From Vicinamibacteria bacterium (GTDB taxonomy: Bacteria > Acidobacteriota > Vicinamibacteria > Marinacidobacterales > Marinacidobacteraceae), in NCBI GenBank assembly GCA_964291235.2, contig OZ219816.1, positions 288,001 to 352,000 on the forward strand: 64,000 nt of DNA, read 5' to 3'. The position numbers were made by a program, and so were the translations under genes. Below, piece by piece: positions 31,277 through 40,361 of this stretch; position 1 is the first letter of the stretch, and each line of letters opens with the position of its first letter. The notes beneath the pieces were generated by a model. That model saw only the letters and a list, made by a program, of their open reading frames with translations, ran no database searches and was not told where the DNA came from.

Positions 31277-31681
31277 TCAATTCGTGTCTTCGACATACAC
31301 CCGGACTTTGAGGCGGGTGGCTCCCCGCGAGTCGTTGTTGGACCGGATGGTCAGCCAGCGCTCCAGAACACCGCGGTAGCGCCGGGTCTCGAGGGTCACC
31401 CGGAGCGTCGCCGTCCCTCCCGGCGGAATCGATGTCCGGTCGGTCACCGCGGCCGCGCAGGCGCATGCCGAGGCGATGCGGCCGATCTCCAGCTCCTGGC
31501 GCCCGGTGTTCTTGAGGACGAACTCGTGAACGAGCACTTCTCCGGGGCCCGCGCGCCCGAAATCCCACTCACCGGGCTCGATCTCGAGCCGGGGACCTCG
31601 CTGGAAACCGCTCCCCCAAGCTGCCGACAACCCGCCCGCCAGCGTGGCCGCAAGCAGGAGGACCGGGAGACGGACTCTCAC
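31277..31681 (-). CDS. DUF1573 (Ig-like) exported protein
   Basis: Signal peptide, WDFG...F.LKNTG..ASCAC...IPPG. Confidence 0.82.
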   Translation of the reverse strand: MRVRLPVLLLAATLAGGLSAAWGSGFQRGPRLEIEPGEWDFGRAGPGEVLVHEFVLKNTGRQELEIGRIASACACAAAVTDRTSIPPGGTATLRVTLETRRYRGVLERWLTIRSNNDSRGATRLKVRVYVEDTN

Positions 31682-31685
31682 GCCG

Positions 31686-31964
31686 TCAATCCTCCTGATC
31701 CGGAGTTTCGACCATCCTCAAAAACGCCGCGAGCCGCTCGTTCTCGTAGCGGACGACGTTCAGGAACAGGCTTTCTATCAGGTAGCTGCGCCGCTCGCCG
31801 GCATCCATCGCGTCCACGAGATGGCTGATTTCACGGGTCATGGCGTCGTAAGTGTTGCGGAACTCGCTCCGCACCGATACCTCCCGGTAGAGCGCCTCGA
31901 GAATCGCGAGCAGATCGCCGTCCAGCTCGATTTCCCGGCCGCCCTGCATTCGAATGGACCGCAT
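31686..31964 (-). CDS. Hypothetical helical protein (92 aa)
   Basis: Start overlaps STAS stop; coding-like composition. Confidence 0.7.
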   Translation of the reverse strand: MRSIRMQGGREIELDGDLLAILEALYREVSVRSEFRNTYDAMTREISHLVDAMDAGERRSYLIESLFLNVVRYENERLAAFLRMVETPDQED

Positions 31965-32323
31965 CAGTCGTCCCCCCCGAAACTCCCCACCAGGGCGCGC
32001 ACCGCCTCATCGGAAGACGCGTAGATGGGAATGAACTCGTGGGCTCCCGTCATTCGGAGCATTCTCTCCACCCGGTCCAGGACTCCCGAGAGGGCGATCC
32101 GACCCCGTTTCGCCGAAGCCCGCCGGAAGAGGTCCATGAGGCACCCGATGGCGGCCGAATCGAGGTAGTTGACCGGCGAGAGATCGAAGACCACCGCCGG
32201 CCGGTCGGTTTCGAGGTGATCGCCGACCTGATCGACGAAGGAATCGAGGGTGGCATAGACCAGGCGGGCTACTTCGACCCGAACCACCACCGCGGTGCCC
32301 TCGGTGCGAGTGCTGACTTTCAT
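31964..32323 (-). CDS. STAS-domain anti-sigma factor antagonist
   Basis: VVFDLSPVNYLDSAAIG with conserved phospho-Ser. Confidence 0.9.
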   Translation of the reverse strand: MKVSTRTEGTAVVVRVEVARLVYATLDSFVDQVGDHLETDRPAVVFDLSPVNYLDSAAIGCLMDLFRRASAKRGRIALSGVLDRVERMLRMTGAHEFIPIYASSDEAVRALVGSFGGDD

Positions 32324-32886
32324 GATGTGAATCTCCGTTGGTCCGCGGACGCGGACGGCCGGCGGGGGGCGCCCCGGGCGGCGACGAGAAGACGCTTCAG
32401 CTCGGCGCGCCCCCGATGAATGCGGCTCTTTACGGTTCCCTCGGGGACACCGAGGCGGTCGCAGATTTCCTCGTACGGCAACTCCTGGAAGAATCGGAGC
32501 TGCACCACCTCCCGGAGCTTGGGAGAAAGGCCTTCGAGCGCCGCGAGCAGGCTGGCGCGCACCTCGCGCTGTTCGAGCAGGCGATCCGGTCCGAGGCGCG
32601 CGTTGCCCGGGGTCCGCTCCAGCGGGGCCTCCTCGGGGAGGAGCCGCCGCCGCTCGCGGACCTTGCTCCGGTAGTGGTCAATGCAGTAGTTCCGGGCAAC
32701 CGAGTTGAGCCACACGGCGAAATGCGCCCGCGGATCGAACCGATCCAATTGGTGGTAGACGCGGACAATGATTTCCTGCGTCAGTTCTTCGGCCTCCTGA
32801 TACTGGCCGGTGAAGCGGTAGGCAAGCGACATCAGGCGCCGGCGATGCCGTCCGATGAGGTCGGTCCACGCGGCGTCGGGGTCCAT
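32320..32886 (-). CDS. ECF sigma factor (true start may be upstream)
   Basis: AEELTQE, WLNSVARNYCID, YEEI...GTVKSRIHRGR. Confidence 0.92.
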   Translation of the reverse strand: MDPDAAWTDLIGRHRRRLMSLAYRFTGQYQEAEELTQEIIVRVYHQLDRFDPRAHFAVWLNSVARNYCIDHYRSKVRERRRLLPEEAPLERTPGNARLGPDRLLEQREVRASLLAALEGLSPKLREVVQLRFFQELPYEEICDRLGVPEGTVKSRIHRGRAELKRLLVAARGAPRRPSASADQRRFTS

Positions 32887-33021
32887 CTCACCGGCGCGAA
32901 GCGCCTGGATGGTCGCGATGTCCTGTGAATTACGAATGTCACTTGCGTCGGGTCCATCGCGCGCCCCGGTGGAGTGTGCGGTCGGTTCGATGGTGGTGAA
33001 CTCGGTCAGGACTTCGAGAGC

Positions 33022-33849
33022 TTAGGTCTCGGGAACCTCGGGGCGTCCGGCCGCCACCCAGGCGGTGTACCAGAGGCTCGCGGTGTCGCGCGCCGCTTCG
33101 GTCATCAGCGCTCCGATAAGTCCCTCGAGTTCATTCCACATGCCGTCCATGTAGAACCGGTCGTACCCGGCGACGCCGCGGCGCGACATCGAGTCCTGGA
33201 AGGTGATGTTGTCCACCCAGATGTGCGCCTTGAGCGGCAGCGAGCGAATGAACTCGTGCGGGCGGTCGAGATACACGCCAGCCGAATCGCGGACCCGTAT
33301 GTCGTCGGCAAAAATCTCGAGGAGCTGCGTATCGAAGCGGCGAGCCAGGCCGTCCTGCTGGGTGGCCTGGCCATCTCCGGCGGCAGACGTGTTCGGCGGA
33401 ACGCTCAGCTCGCCCACGAGCCAGGCCACATCGCTGGCGCGTTCGAGCGCGAGATCGAAATCGGCCTCCTCGAACGCCGCCACCAGCGCGTCGTAGGACT
33501 CGAGTAGCCGCCACAGGGCATCGCCGTTTTCGGCGATTTCTTCCTCCGAGAAGCGCCGTAGCGCCAGCTCGCGGGTGGCCGGAACGTCATAGAACGGAAA
33601 CTCGTCGTACGTCTCGAGGAAGAAATGCGCGGCGTCGCGGCTGCGCGCCGGGTCGTCCAGCAGTTCGTACAACGTCTCTTCCCGGTCCTCGAAGAAGTCC
33701 TTGAGGGGATCGCGCAGGGATTCGATCGCCTTCTCCCCGATCTCCCGGTGACCCTCCGGGCCCCAGGACAGGGCGGGGCCGGCCCATACCGCCAGGCAAG
33801 CAAGAGCCGCGAGTGCTCGTACCCGGCGCCGCGTGGTTCCGATTAGCAA
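33022..33849 (-). CDS. Exported S1/P1 nuclease / Zn-phospholipase C fold protein, degenerate (start approximate)
   Basis: Signal peptide then WGPEGH; C-terminal ASLWYTAWVAAGRP; internal His ligands missing. Confidence 0.7.
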   Translation of the reverse strand: MLIGTTRRRVRALAALACLAVWAGPALSWGPEGHREIGEKAIESLRDPLKDFFEDREETLYELLDDPARSRDAAHFFLETYDEFPFYDVPATRELALRRFSEEEIAENGDALWRLLESYDALVAAFEEADFDLALERASDVAWLVGELSVPPNTSAAGDGQATQQDGLARRFDTQLLEIFADDIRVRDSAGVYLDRPHEFIRSLPLKAHIWVDNITFQDSMSRRGVAGYDRFYMDGMWNELEGLIGALMTEAARDTASLWYTAWVAAGRPEVPET

Positions 33850-33973
33850 TGTCAAGCGACCGTCCCGTGGACGGCCGGATTCTAGCCAGAGGCCGCAGCC
33901 CGCGTGGCGGGCCGCCCGCGCCGGCGCTCCGCGTCTCCCCCGGGAGGCCGAAAACCGCTCGCCGCCCGCTCGG

Positions 33974-34750
33974 TCAGGCGCCGCCGACACCCATGCTCCG
34001 GGCGACGGTCAGGATGTCCACCGGCCCGGAGCCGGCCCGGACCAGGGCCCGCGCCGCCGCCTCCACCGTGCTTCCGGTGGTGAACACGTCGTCAACCAGC
34101 AGGAGGGGCCGACCCGCGAGTTCTCCGGGCAGCCGGCCGGCCCGAAAGGCCCCGCGCACATTCCGCCGCCGGGCGCTCGGGCTGACCAGGGTCTGTGGAG
34201 GTCGCGCCCGGCGACGCAGCAGGCCGCGCCGGACCGGAATCCCGAGCGCCCGCGCGACCGGCCGAGCCAGCAGCTCCGCCTGGTTGAACCCGCGGCGTCG
34301 GCCCCGCCAGAACGGGACCGGGACGGGTACTGCCGCAACCGGCGGAAGCCCCCCGGTGGCGGCGCCGGAATCCCGGGGAGCGCGGCGGAAGGCGCGGATG
34401 GCGGGGTCTGCCAGGAGATCCGCGAGCACCTCCCGGCGCCCGAATTTGAGTTCCACCACCGCCTTCTGAAACACCCCCTCATAGGGCGCCGCCGCCACCG
34501 CCAGCCGAAAAGGCCGCCGGCGCACCCGGCACTCCCCACAGACGCCCGCCGCCGCCGAGGGAGCGAAGAACACGCCGCACTTCCGGCACGCGGGCGCCGC
34601 CAGGGGGCGGAGCTGGTCCGCGCACGGCCGGCATACCGGGCCGGTCAGCGGATCCGGCAGCGGCTCCTCGCACAAGCAGCAGGCCTGGGGAAACAGAAGC
34701 TGCCCGAACGCGCGCCGCCAACGCGCCGGCAGGAGAAATCGGGTCCGCAA
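33974..34750 (-). CDS. comF: ComF family protein (double zinc ribbon plus PRTase)
   Basis: CxxC pairs, RGFNQAELL, LLVDDVFTTGST. Confidence 0.9.
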   Translation of the reverse strand: MRTRFLLPARWRRAFGQLLFPQACCLCEEPLPDPLTGPVCRPCADQLRPLAAPACRKCGVFFAPSAAAGVCGECRVRRRPFRLAVAAAPYEGVFQKAVVELKFGRREVLADLLADPAIRAFRRAPRDSGAATGGLPPVAAVPVPVPFWRGRRRGFNQAELLARPVARALGIPVRRGLLRRRARPPQTLVSPSARRRNVRGAFRAGRLPGELAGRPLLLVDDVFTTGSTVEAAARALVRAGSGPVDILTVARSMGVGGA

Positions 34751-34759
34751 GGGGCGGAC

Positions 34760-35578
34760 TTAGACCAGGCGGAGATCCGTCACCACACCCGCCGCGCACA
34801 AGCGAACGTAAACGTCCGTGACCATCACCCACACCAGACTCGCCCAGGCAAAGTTCGCGTGGCGCAGGTTGAACCAGTTGGTGCACTCGTAGGCGCAGCG
34901 CCGCACCGGCCGGCCCGAGAGCCGGTCCAGGAATCCACCCGCCAGGTGGCGCAACGAATGACATCCCAGGGTGTAGCCGGCGAGCAATGCGGCGTTGACC
35001 GTCATCACCAGGGTTCCGACCCCGATGCCGAAGGCAACCTCACCGGTGGCGGGGTCGGCGAACCGGGTCGCCCCCCAGGTGTAATAGACGTGGAGCCCGA
35101 TCCAGACCAGCGCGATGTAGAGGAAATAGCGGTGGATGTTCTGCAGGATGAGCGGAAAGCTGTTTTCACCGCGGTAGGTGTTCCAGGGTTTGCCCACCGT
35201 GCAGGACGCGGGACTGGCCCAGAACGCCTTGTAGTACGAGCCGCGGTAGTAGTAGCAGGTGAGGCGCAGCCCCGCCGGCGCCCAGAACAGGAAGACGCCG
35301 GGGGCCCAGGGCAGGAGCGCCGGCCAGGACCCGGGTTTCGGACCGAACCAGGCGTGCGCGGTGTCACCGAAGAGCACCGGCACGTGGATCGGCGATATGT
35401 AGTTGCCGAACTCGGCCCCGTGGTGCGCAAAGACGGCCCACGTCGAATAGACCACGAACACGCCAAGGCCAACAAAAGTGGCGGTCGGCGTGACCCACCA
35501 GGGATCGCGCCGCCGGGTGGCCCCGAAACCCTGCGGAACGGGAAGGGCGCCGGTGAGCAGAGGGAGCGACCGAGCCAT
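34760..35578 (-). CDS. Rv0249c-like succinate dehydrogenase membrane anchor
   Basis: RLTCYYYRGSYYKAF, FPLILQNIHRYF, YTLGCHSLRH, HANFAWASL. Confidence 0.78.
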   Translation of the reverse strand: MARSLPLLTGALPVPQGFGATRRRDPWWVTPTATFVGLGVFVVYSTWAVFAHHGAEFGNYISPIHVPVLFGDTAHAWFGPKPGSWPALLPWAPGVFLFWAPAGLRLTCYYYRGSYYKAFWASPASCTVGKPWNTYRGENSFPLILQNIHRYFLYIALVWIGLHVYYTWGATRFADPATGEVAFGIGVGTLVMTVNAALLAGYTLGCHSLRHLAGGFLDRLSGRPVRRCAYECTNWFNLRHANFAWASLVWVMVTDVYVRLCAAGVVTDLRLV

Positions 35579-35756
35579 GCGGGAGAGAATTCTATCGGGG
35601 CGTGCGAGAGTGCCCCGAGGACGCCAACCTCCAGGAAGGGCGCCGGCCTCCGAACCGGCCCCGTGCTCCCGGCGGGGGCCGCGGCGGCAGGCCGCGAGAC
35701 TCCCCATCGCCCCCTGCGGCACCCCTCAGCCGGGGACGCCGACCGGATCTTTTCGC

Positions 35757-37109
35757 TCAGACCACCGGTGGCGCGGATCCCCCATCGCCCACGGGCACCG
35801 GCCGGATCGCCTCCACATCGAGCCGGACGCCTCCATACGTCCCACACTCGGGACAACCGTCGGTCCAATCCGCCTGCCGGGTTCCGCACGCCGAACAGCA
35901 GTACTCGGCCGCGAGGGACGGCTCGGCGGAAATCACCTCCCGCGCCCGGATCACGGCTTCGGCGAGATCGCCGCGGCCCTCGAGAATCCGGGAAAGACGG
36001 GCGGCGAGCGCCGGAGCGGCCGTGCGCGGCAGGTTGGCGAAGGTCTTGAGCGCGTCGTCCAGCATGTAGAGGCGGTCGTAGAGCTTTCCCAGCAGATACT
36101 GGCTCTCCGCCGGTTTCTCGGCAGCCCCGATGGCCCGTTTCCAGACGGAGATCGCATCCTCGGGACAGGTCCGGTCGAGGTAGTAGTCCTGGAGAGCCGA
36201 GAGGGGCGCCGTCGCTCCGGTCAGATCAAATGCCTTCTGCCAGGTCTCGACGGCTGCCCTTTCATTGCCTCCGGCCAGGTACGCCTGCCCAAGCCGCACC
36301 CACGCCGGCACCGCGGCGGGATCCTCTTCGAGGATGGCCCGGAAAACCCGCGCCGCCTCGGCCGTCTCGCCCTGGTCGAGCAGTTCCTTGGCGTAGCCGT
36401 GCCGGAGCGACAGCGTCCGCTGTTCCTCGCCGGCGCGGGCGGAGGGGGGCACCTGAGAGACAAGTCGCTGCTGGACCGACAGGGCCGCCCGGTGTTCGCC
36501 CAACCCGACGAGGATGTCCCGCAACCGGGCGAGGGCCGGAATCGGCGCCTCGGGATCCTCGGAAACCGTCGTTTCGAGGAGCGCCCGCGCCTGCTCCGGA
36601 TCGCCCATGGCCTCCCGTGCCTCGGCCAGCGCGTACGCCACCTCGCGGTTTCCGCGATCCTCGGCCAGTGCCTGCTCGAGCGCTTCCGCGGCGTCCGCCG
36701 GGCGGTCGAGCCGCATCAGGCAATCGCCCTTCCTGCGGAGCGTCTTCGTGTCGGCGCCGGCGTACTCCTGCGCCGCCTCGAAGCTGAGGAGCGCCTCCGA
36801 CCACTTTCCGGAGGCCATCTCGTCGAGTCCGTCGAGGTACAGGCGCTCGCCTTCCTCAAGATCGTGGCGGCCGCGCCGGAGACGCCGCTCGCGTACCAGA
36901 CGCCGGACCCGGCCCGCGAGGTCGAACGCGAGAGCGATCGCGGCTCCGAGGCCCACGCCGGCGAACATCACCTTCCACAGTTCCACCCGAATCGGGAGGA
37001 ACAGCGGCAGCGTCACGGTGACGAACTGCGTGTTGGAAACCACAACCACCAGCAGCAAGCCCGCGGTAAGGAGAACCGCCGCTACGAACAGCACGGTGCG
37101 AATGCCCAT
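35757..37109 (-). CDS. LapA-like TM hairpin fused to LapB/YciM-like TPR-rubredoxin protein
   Basis: Two TMs with SNTQFVTV, TPR repeats, C-terminal CSACG...CPECG. Confidence 0.78.
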   Translation of the reverse strand: MGIRTVLFVAAVLLTAGLLLVVVVSNTQFVTVTLPLFLPIRVELWKVMFAGVGLGAAIALAFDLAGRVRRLVRERRLRRGRHDLEEGERLYLDGLDEMASGKWSEALLSFEAAQEYAGADTKTLRRKGDCLMRLDRPADAAEALEQALAEDRGNREVAYALAEAREAMGDPEQARALLETTVSEDPEAPIPALARLRDILVGLGEHRAALSVQQRLVSQVPPSARAGEEQRTLSLRHGYAKELLDQGETAEAARVFRAILEEDPAAVPAWVRLGQAYLAGGNERAAVETWQKAFDLTGATAPLSALQDYYLDRTCPEDAISVWKRAIGAAEKPAESQYLLGKLYDRLYMLDDALKTFANLPRTAAPALAARLSRILEGRGDLAEAVIRAREVISAEPSLAAEYCCSACGTRQADWTDGCPECGTYGGVRLDVEAIRPVPVGDGGSAPPVV

Positions 37110-37140
37110 CGGATCTCGTTCTTCTTCGGAAGACTCGATT

Positions 37141-37548
37141 CTAAGGGTTGACCCCGGTGTCCGTGGCGCCGTCGGCGGCGGGCGGCTCCGGCTGCCAGCG
37201 GCCGGCATCGCCCCAGAGCTTTTCCAGTTGGTACACCTCGCGGCTCTCCTGCGAGAAGACGTGAACGACGAAGTCCACGTAGTCGGCCAGCAGCCAGCCG
37301 GCCGCCGGATACCCCTCGACGTGCATGGGTTTGCGGCCGAACCGCTCCCGGAGCCGGCGCCCGACGGCGTCCACGATGGTCCTGCGCCGTCGCTCGCTGG
37401 CGGCCGTCGCAATTACGAAGAAGTCGGTAAAGCCGGCGAGGCCGCGAAGGTCAAGCACGACCACCTGGGCGGCTTTTTCGAGCATCGCCACCTCGGCGGA
37501 GAGGCGCGCGCAGGACTCGGCGGAGGCGGCAGGAACGGATTCGCTCAA
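37141..37548 (-). CDS. rsfS: Ribosome silencing factor
   Basis: TDFFVIAT, WLLADY, VVHVF, YQLEKLW. Confidence 0.95.
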   Translation of the reverse strand: MSESVPAASAESCARLSAEVAMLEKAAQVVVLDLRGLAGFTDFFVIATAASERRRRTIVDAVGRRLRERFGRKPMHVEGYPAAGWLLADYVDFVVHVFSQESREVYQLEKLWGDAGRWQPEPPAADGATDTGVNP

Positions 37549-38216
37549 AGGTACAGCCCCTGTTCGGCAATGCGGGACGCGACCCGGGAGGGCAGCAGGC
37601 CGTCCACCGGGGCCCGCGCCCGCAGGAGTTCCCGAATCCGGCGGGACTCGGGGTGGGGAAGAGAAATATCCATAGTGAAAATCCGCGGCGGCATCAGGGA
37701 CACGGACAGATCATCGGTCACCCGAGCGCGGAGGTGGGCGGGAAGCACGGCGACGGCGTCCCCAATCGGACATCCGGACCGCCGATGCACGAGGACCGGA
37801 TGCCGCCCGAGCAACTCTTCGTAGCGGCTCCAGGTCCGAATCTCGCAGAAAGCGTCACTGCCGACGACGAAGATCAAGGAGGGCTCGCCGCCGCTCGCCG
37901 GGGGCCGCTCGGCCGCCAGCGCATCGAGCGTATCGATCGTGAAGGACGGCCCGTCCCGCTCGAGCTCGATGGGACTCGCCAGCAGGCGATCCCGGTCCGA
38001 CACCGCTGCTTCAACGAGGCGAAACCGCTCCCGGGCCGAAAGGCGCGGCGGTTCCGGTCGGTGCGGCGGAATGCTCGCCGGAACCAGCCAGACCGCATCG
38101 ACCCCCATGCGGTCCCGCACCGCCTCGGCCGCCCGGACATGACCCCAGTGCGGAGGATCGAAGGTCCCACCGAGCACCGCGATGACGCCGGGCCGCCGGA
38201 TCGGGGAGTCCGTCAC
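37545..38216 (-). CDS. nadD: Nicotinate-nucleotide adenylyltransferase
   Basis: GGTFDPPHWGH, PPHR, SFTIDTL, VGSDAF. Confidence 0.93.
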   Translation of the reverse strand: MTDSPIRRPGVIAVLGGTFDPPHWGHVRAAEAVRDRMGVDAVWLVPASIPPHRPEPPRLSARERFRLVEAAVSDRDRLLASPIELERDGPSFTIDTLDALAAERPPASGGEPSLIFVVGSDAFCEIRTWSRYEELLGRHPVLVHRRSGCPIGDAVAVLPAHLRARVTDDLSVSLMPPRIFTMDISLPHPESRRIRELLRARAPVDGLLPSRVASRIAEQGLYL

Positions 38217-39226
38217 GCGTCGTTTCCCGCCCAGGTTCCGGCCACCCGGGCGCCGAGCTCGGCTACCAGAGCCGCGCAGCCCTCACCCGTGGCCGCCGAG
38301 ATTGCGAAGAAGGGCAGCCGCGACGACTGGGCCGCTGCCGACAGAGCTTGGAGCCGGCCATCGTCTCCAAGGATGTCCGTCTTGTTCCCCACCACCAGCG
38401 CCGGCTTGCCCGGGAGGTCGCCGCCGTAGAGCGTCACTTCCCGCTGCAACACCCCCAGATCGTCCGCCGGAGCCCGTTCCGACGACTCCGAGAGGTCCAC
38501 GAAATACACGAGGAACGCCGTGCGCGACAGGTGCTTCAGAAACCGCGTGCCCAAACCGGCGCCCTGGCTGGCGCCGGGAATGAGGCCGGGGAGGTCGGCC
38601 ACCACGAACTCCCCGTCGTCGCCGAGCCGCACGAGGCCCAGGTTGGGGGTCAGGGTGGTGAACGGATAGTCCGCGATGCGGGGCCTGGCAGCGCTGACGC
38701 GGGCGATGAAGGAGGACTTCCCGGCATTCGGGAAACCGACCAGGCCCACGTCCGCGAGGAGCCGCAACTCGAGCCGGACGGTGCGCGCCGCTCCCGGCTC
38801 CCCGGGCTCGGTGCGCCGCGGCGCCTGGTTGGTCGGGGTCCGAAAGACCGCGTTTCCCCGTCCGCCGCGGCCGCCCGGCGCCACTGTGAGCGAGTTCCCG
38901 TCTTCCACCAGATCCCCGAGCAGGACCCCCGTTTCTTCGTCGAACGCCGCCGTGCCCGCGGGCACCCGGAGGAGGAGGTCCTGACCCGAGCGGCCCTGCC
39001 GGTTGTTCCCCGACCCGTGGCCGCCGGCTGCCGCCCGGTAGCTCGGCCGGAATCGATATGCCCCCAGCGTGTGCCGGCCGCGATCCGCGATCAGCACCAC
39101 GCTTCCCCCCCGTCCCCCATTGCCTCCGTCGGGTCCGCCCCGGGGGACGAACTTCTCCCGGCGAAAGCTGAGAGCGCCGTTTCCGCCGCGCCCTCCGGCA
39201 AGCTTCACGACAACCTCGTCGATCAT
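38213..39226 (-). CDS. obgE: GTPase ObgE
   Basis: FRREKFVPRGGPDGG, GFPNAGKS, YPFTTL, DLPG, NKTD. Confidence 0.96.
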   Translation of the reverse strand: MIDEVVVKLAGGRGGNGALSFRREKFVPRGGPDGGNGGRGGSVVLIADRGRHTLGAYRFRPSYRAAAGGHGSGNNRQGRSGQDLLLRVPAGTAAFDEETGVLLGDLVEDGNSLTVAPGGRGGRGNAVFRTPTNQAPRRTEPGEPGAARTVRLELRLLADVGLVGFPNAGKSSFIARVSAARPRIADYPFTTLTPNLGLVRLGDDGEFVVADLPGLIPGASQGAGLGTRFLKHLSRTAFLVYFVDLSESSERAPADDLGVLQREVTLYGGDLPGKPALVVGNKTDILGDDGRLQALSAAAQSSRLPFFAISAATGEGCAALVAELGARVAGTWAGNDA

Positions 39227-39228
39227 TT

Positions 39229-39530
39229 GTCCCGTGGGGGAGCGCCCCGCGCTGTTGTCCCGATCCAGGTCGCGCCGAACGGGCGAGCCACTGCGGGGCG
39301 CTCCCCCACGGGATGATGTCGCGCCTCGCTGCGCGAGCCTCGCCATCGTTCTTCTTGGGGAGGGGAAACCCCTCCCCCGCGGCGCTCCGCGCCGCGAATC
39401 GATCCTGGCAGGCCTTCGCCAACTCTTCCCATCAGATAACCGGAACGTGCTGTTGTCCCGATCCAGATCGCGCCGAACGGGCGAGCGGGTGTGGGGCGCT
39501 CCCCCACGGGATGATGGCGCGCCTCGCTGC
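39229..39530. repeat. Mosaic palindromic repeat between rpmA and obgE
   Basis: ~82-bp direct copies 39251-39332 and 39449-39530; 39230-39250 is inverted to 39293-39313. Confidence 0.85.
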
Positions 39531-39610
39531 AAACGTGCACCGCGGCTACCAAACCAAACGGGTGACCGGCGTCGGCCGGTCCGGGAACGATCGGGTCGCC
39601 CCTGGAGAAC

Positions 39611-39865
39611 TCAGTCTGCGGCGATCGAGATGAATCGCCCGAGCCGGCCGCGGTTCCAGAACTCGACCACCCCGCCGACCTTGGCGAACAGGGTGTCGTC
39701 ATTTCCGCGTCCAACGTTGGCCCCCGGCCGGAAGCGGGTGCCGCGCTGGCGGACCAGGATCGTTCCGCCCAATACCCGCTCTCCGGCGAAGCGCTTGACG
39801 CCGAGCCGCTTCGAGTGGCTGTCGCGCCCGTTTCTGGAGCTTCCCTGTCCCTTCTTGTGCGCCAC
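39611..39865 (-). CDS. rpmA: 50S ribosomal protein L27
   Basis: [26 protein letters not shown]. Confidence 0.98.
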   Translation of the reverse strand: MAHKKGQGSSRNGRDSHSKRLGVKRFAGERVLGGTILVRQRGTRFRPGANVGRGNDDTLFAKVGGVVEFWNRGRLGRFISIAAD

Positions 39866-39910
39866 GGTGCCCTCCCGATTGTTTCAGCCGCTGGTTCCGT
39901 CGTAGCTCTG

Positions 39911-40288
39911 TTACTCAGCTCCGGACGAGCCGTTTCCGGCCGCTGCGTTGGTGGTCTCCTCGTGGGTGGTCTCCTCGTGGATTGCCTCCACCCGGACCTG
40001 AACGCGAGCCTGCCGATGCCCCTGCTTCTTCCGATAGCCCTTGCGCCGCTTGCGCTTGAACACCAGGACCTTGGGGTCGCGATAGTGCGCCAGCACGGTC
40101 GCCGAGACCGTCGTTCCCGGCAGGTAGGGACTGCCGATGCGACACGCACCGCCCTCCGGATCCCGCACCATGAGGACGCGGTCAAACGAAACGGTGTCGC
40201 CGTCCTTGGCGTCGAGCTTTTCGAGCGCCAGACGCTGGCCAGGCTCGGCGCGGTGCTGCTTGCCGCCGCTTTCGATGATTGCGTACAT
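39911..40288 (-). CDS. rplU: 50S ribosomal protein L21
   Basis: MYAIIESGGKQ, FKRKRRKGYRKKQGHRQ. Confidence 0.97.
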   Translation of the reverse strand: MYAIIESGGKQHRAEPGQRLALEKLDAKDGDTVSFDRVLMVRDPEGGACRIGSPYLPGTTVSATVLAHYRDPKVLVFKRKRRKGYRKKQGHRQARVQVRVEAIHEETTHEETTNAAAGNGSSGAE

Positions 40289-40361
40289 GAGGTTACTGCC
40301 CGAAGGAACGCGGGATTCTAGCAGTGCGGACCGCCTTGGAGGACGCCGCAACACTTGGTCA

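Noticed and set aside
39227-39532. Repeated N-terminal extension of ObgE
   Set aside because: It is translation of the intergenic palindromic repeat; Obg homology begins at 39226
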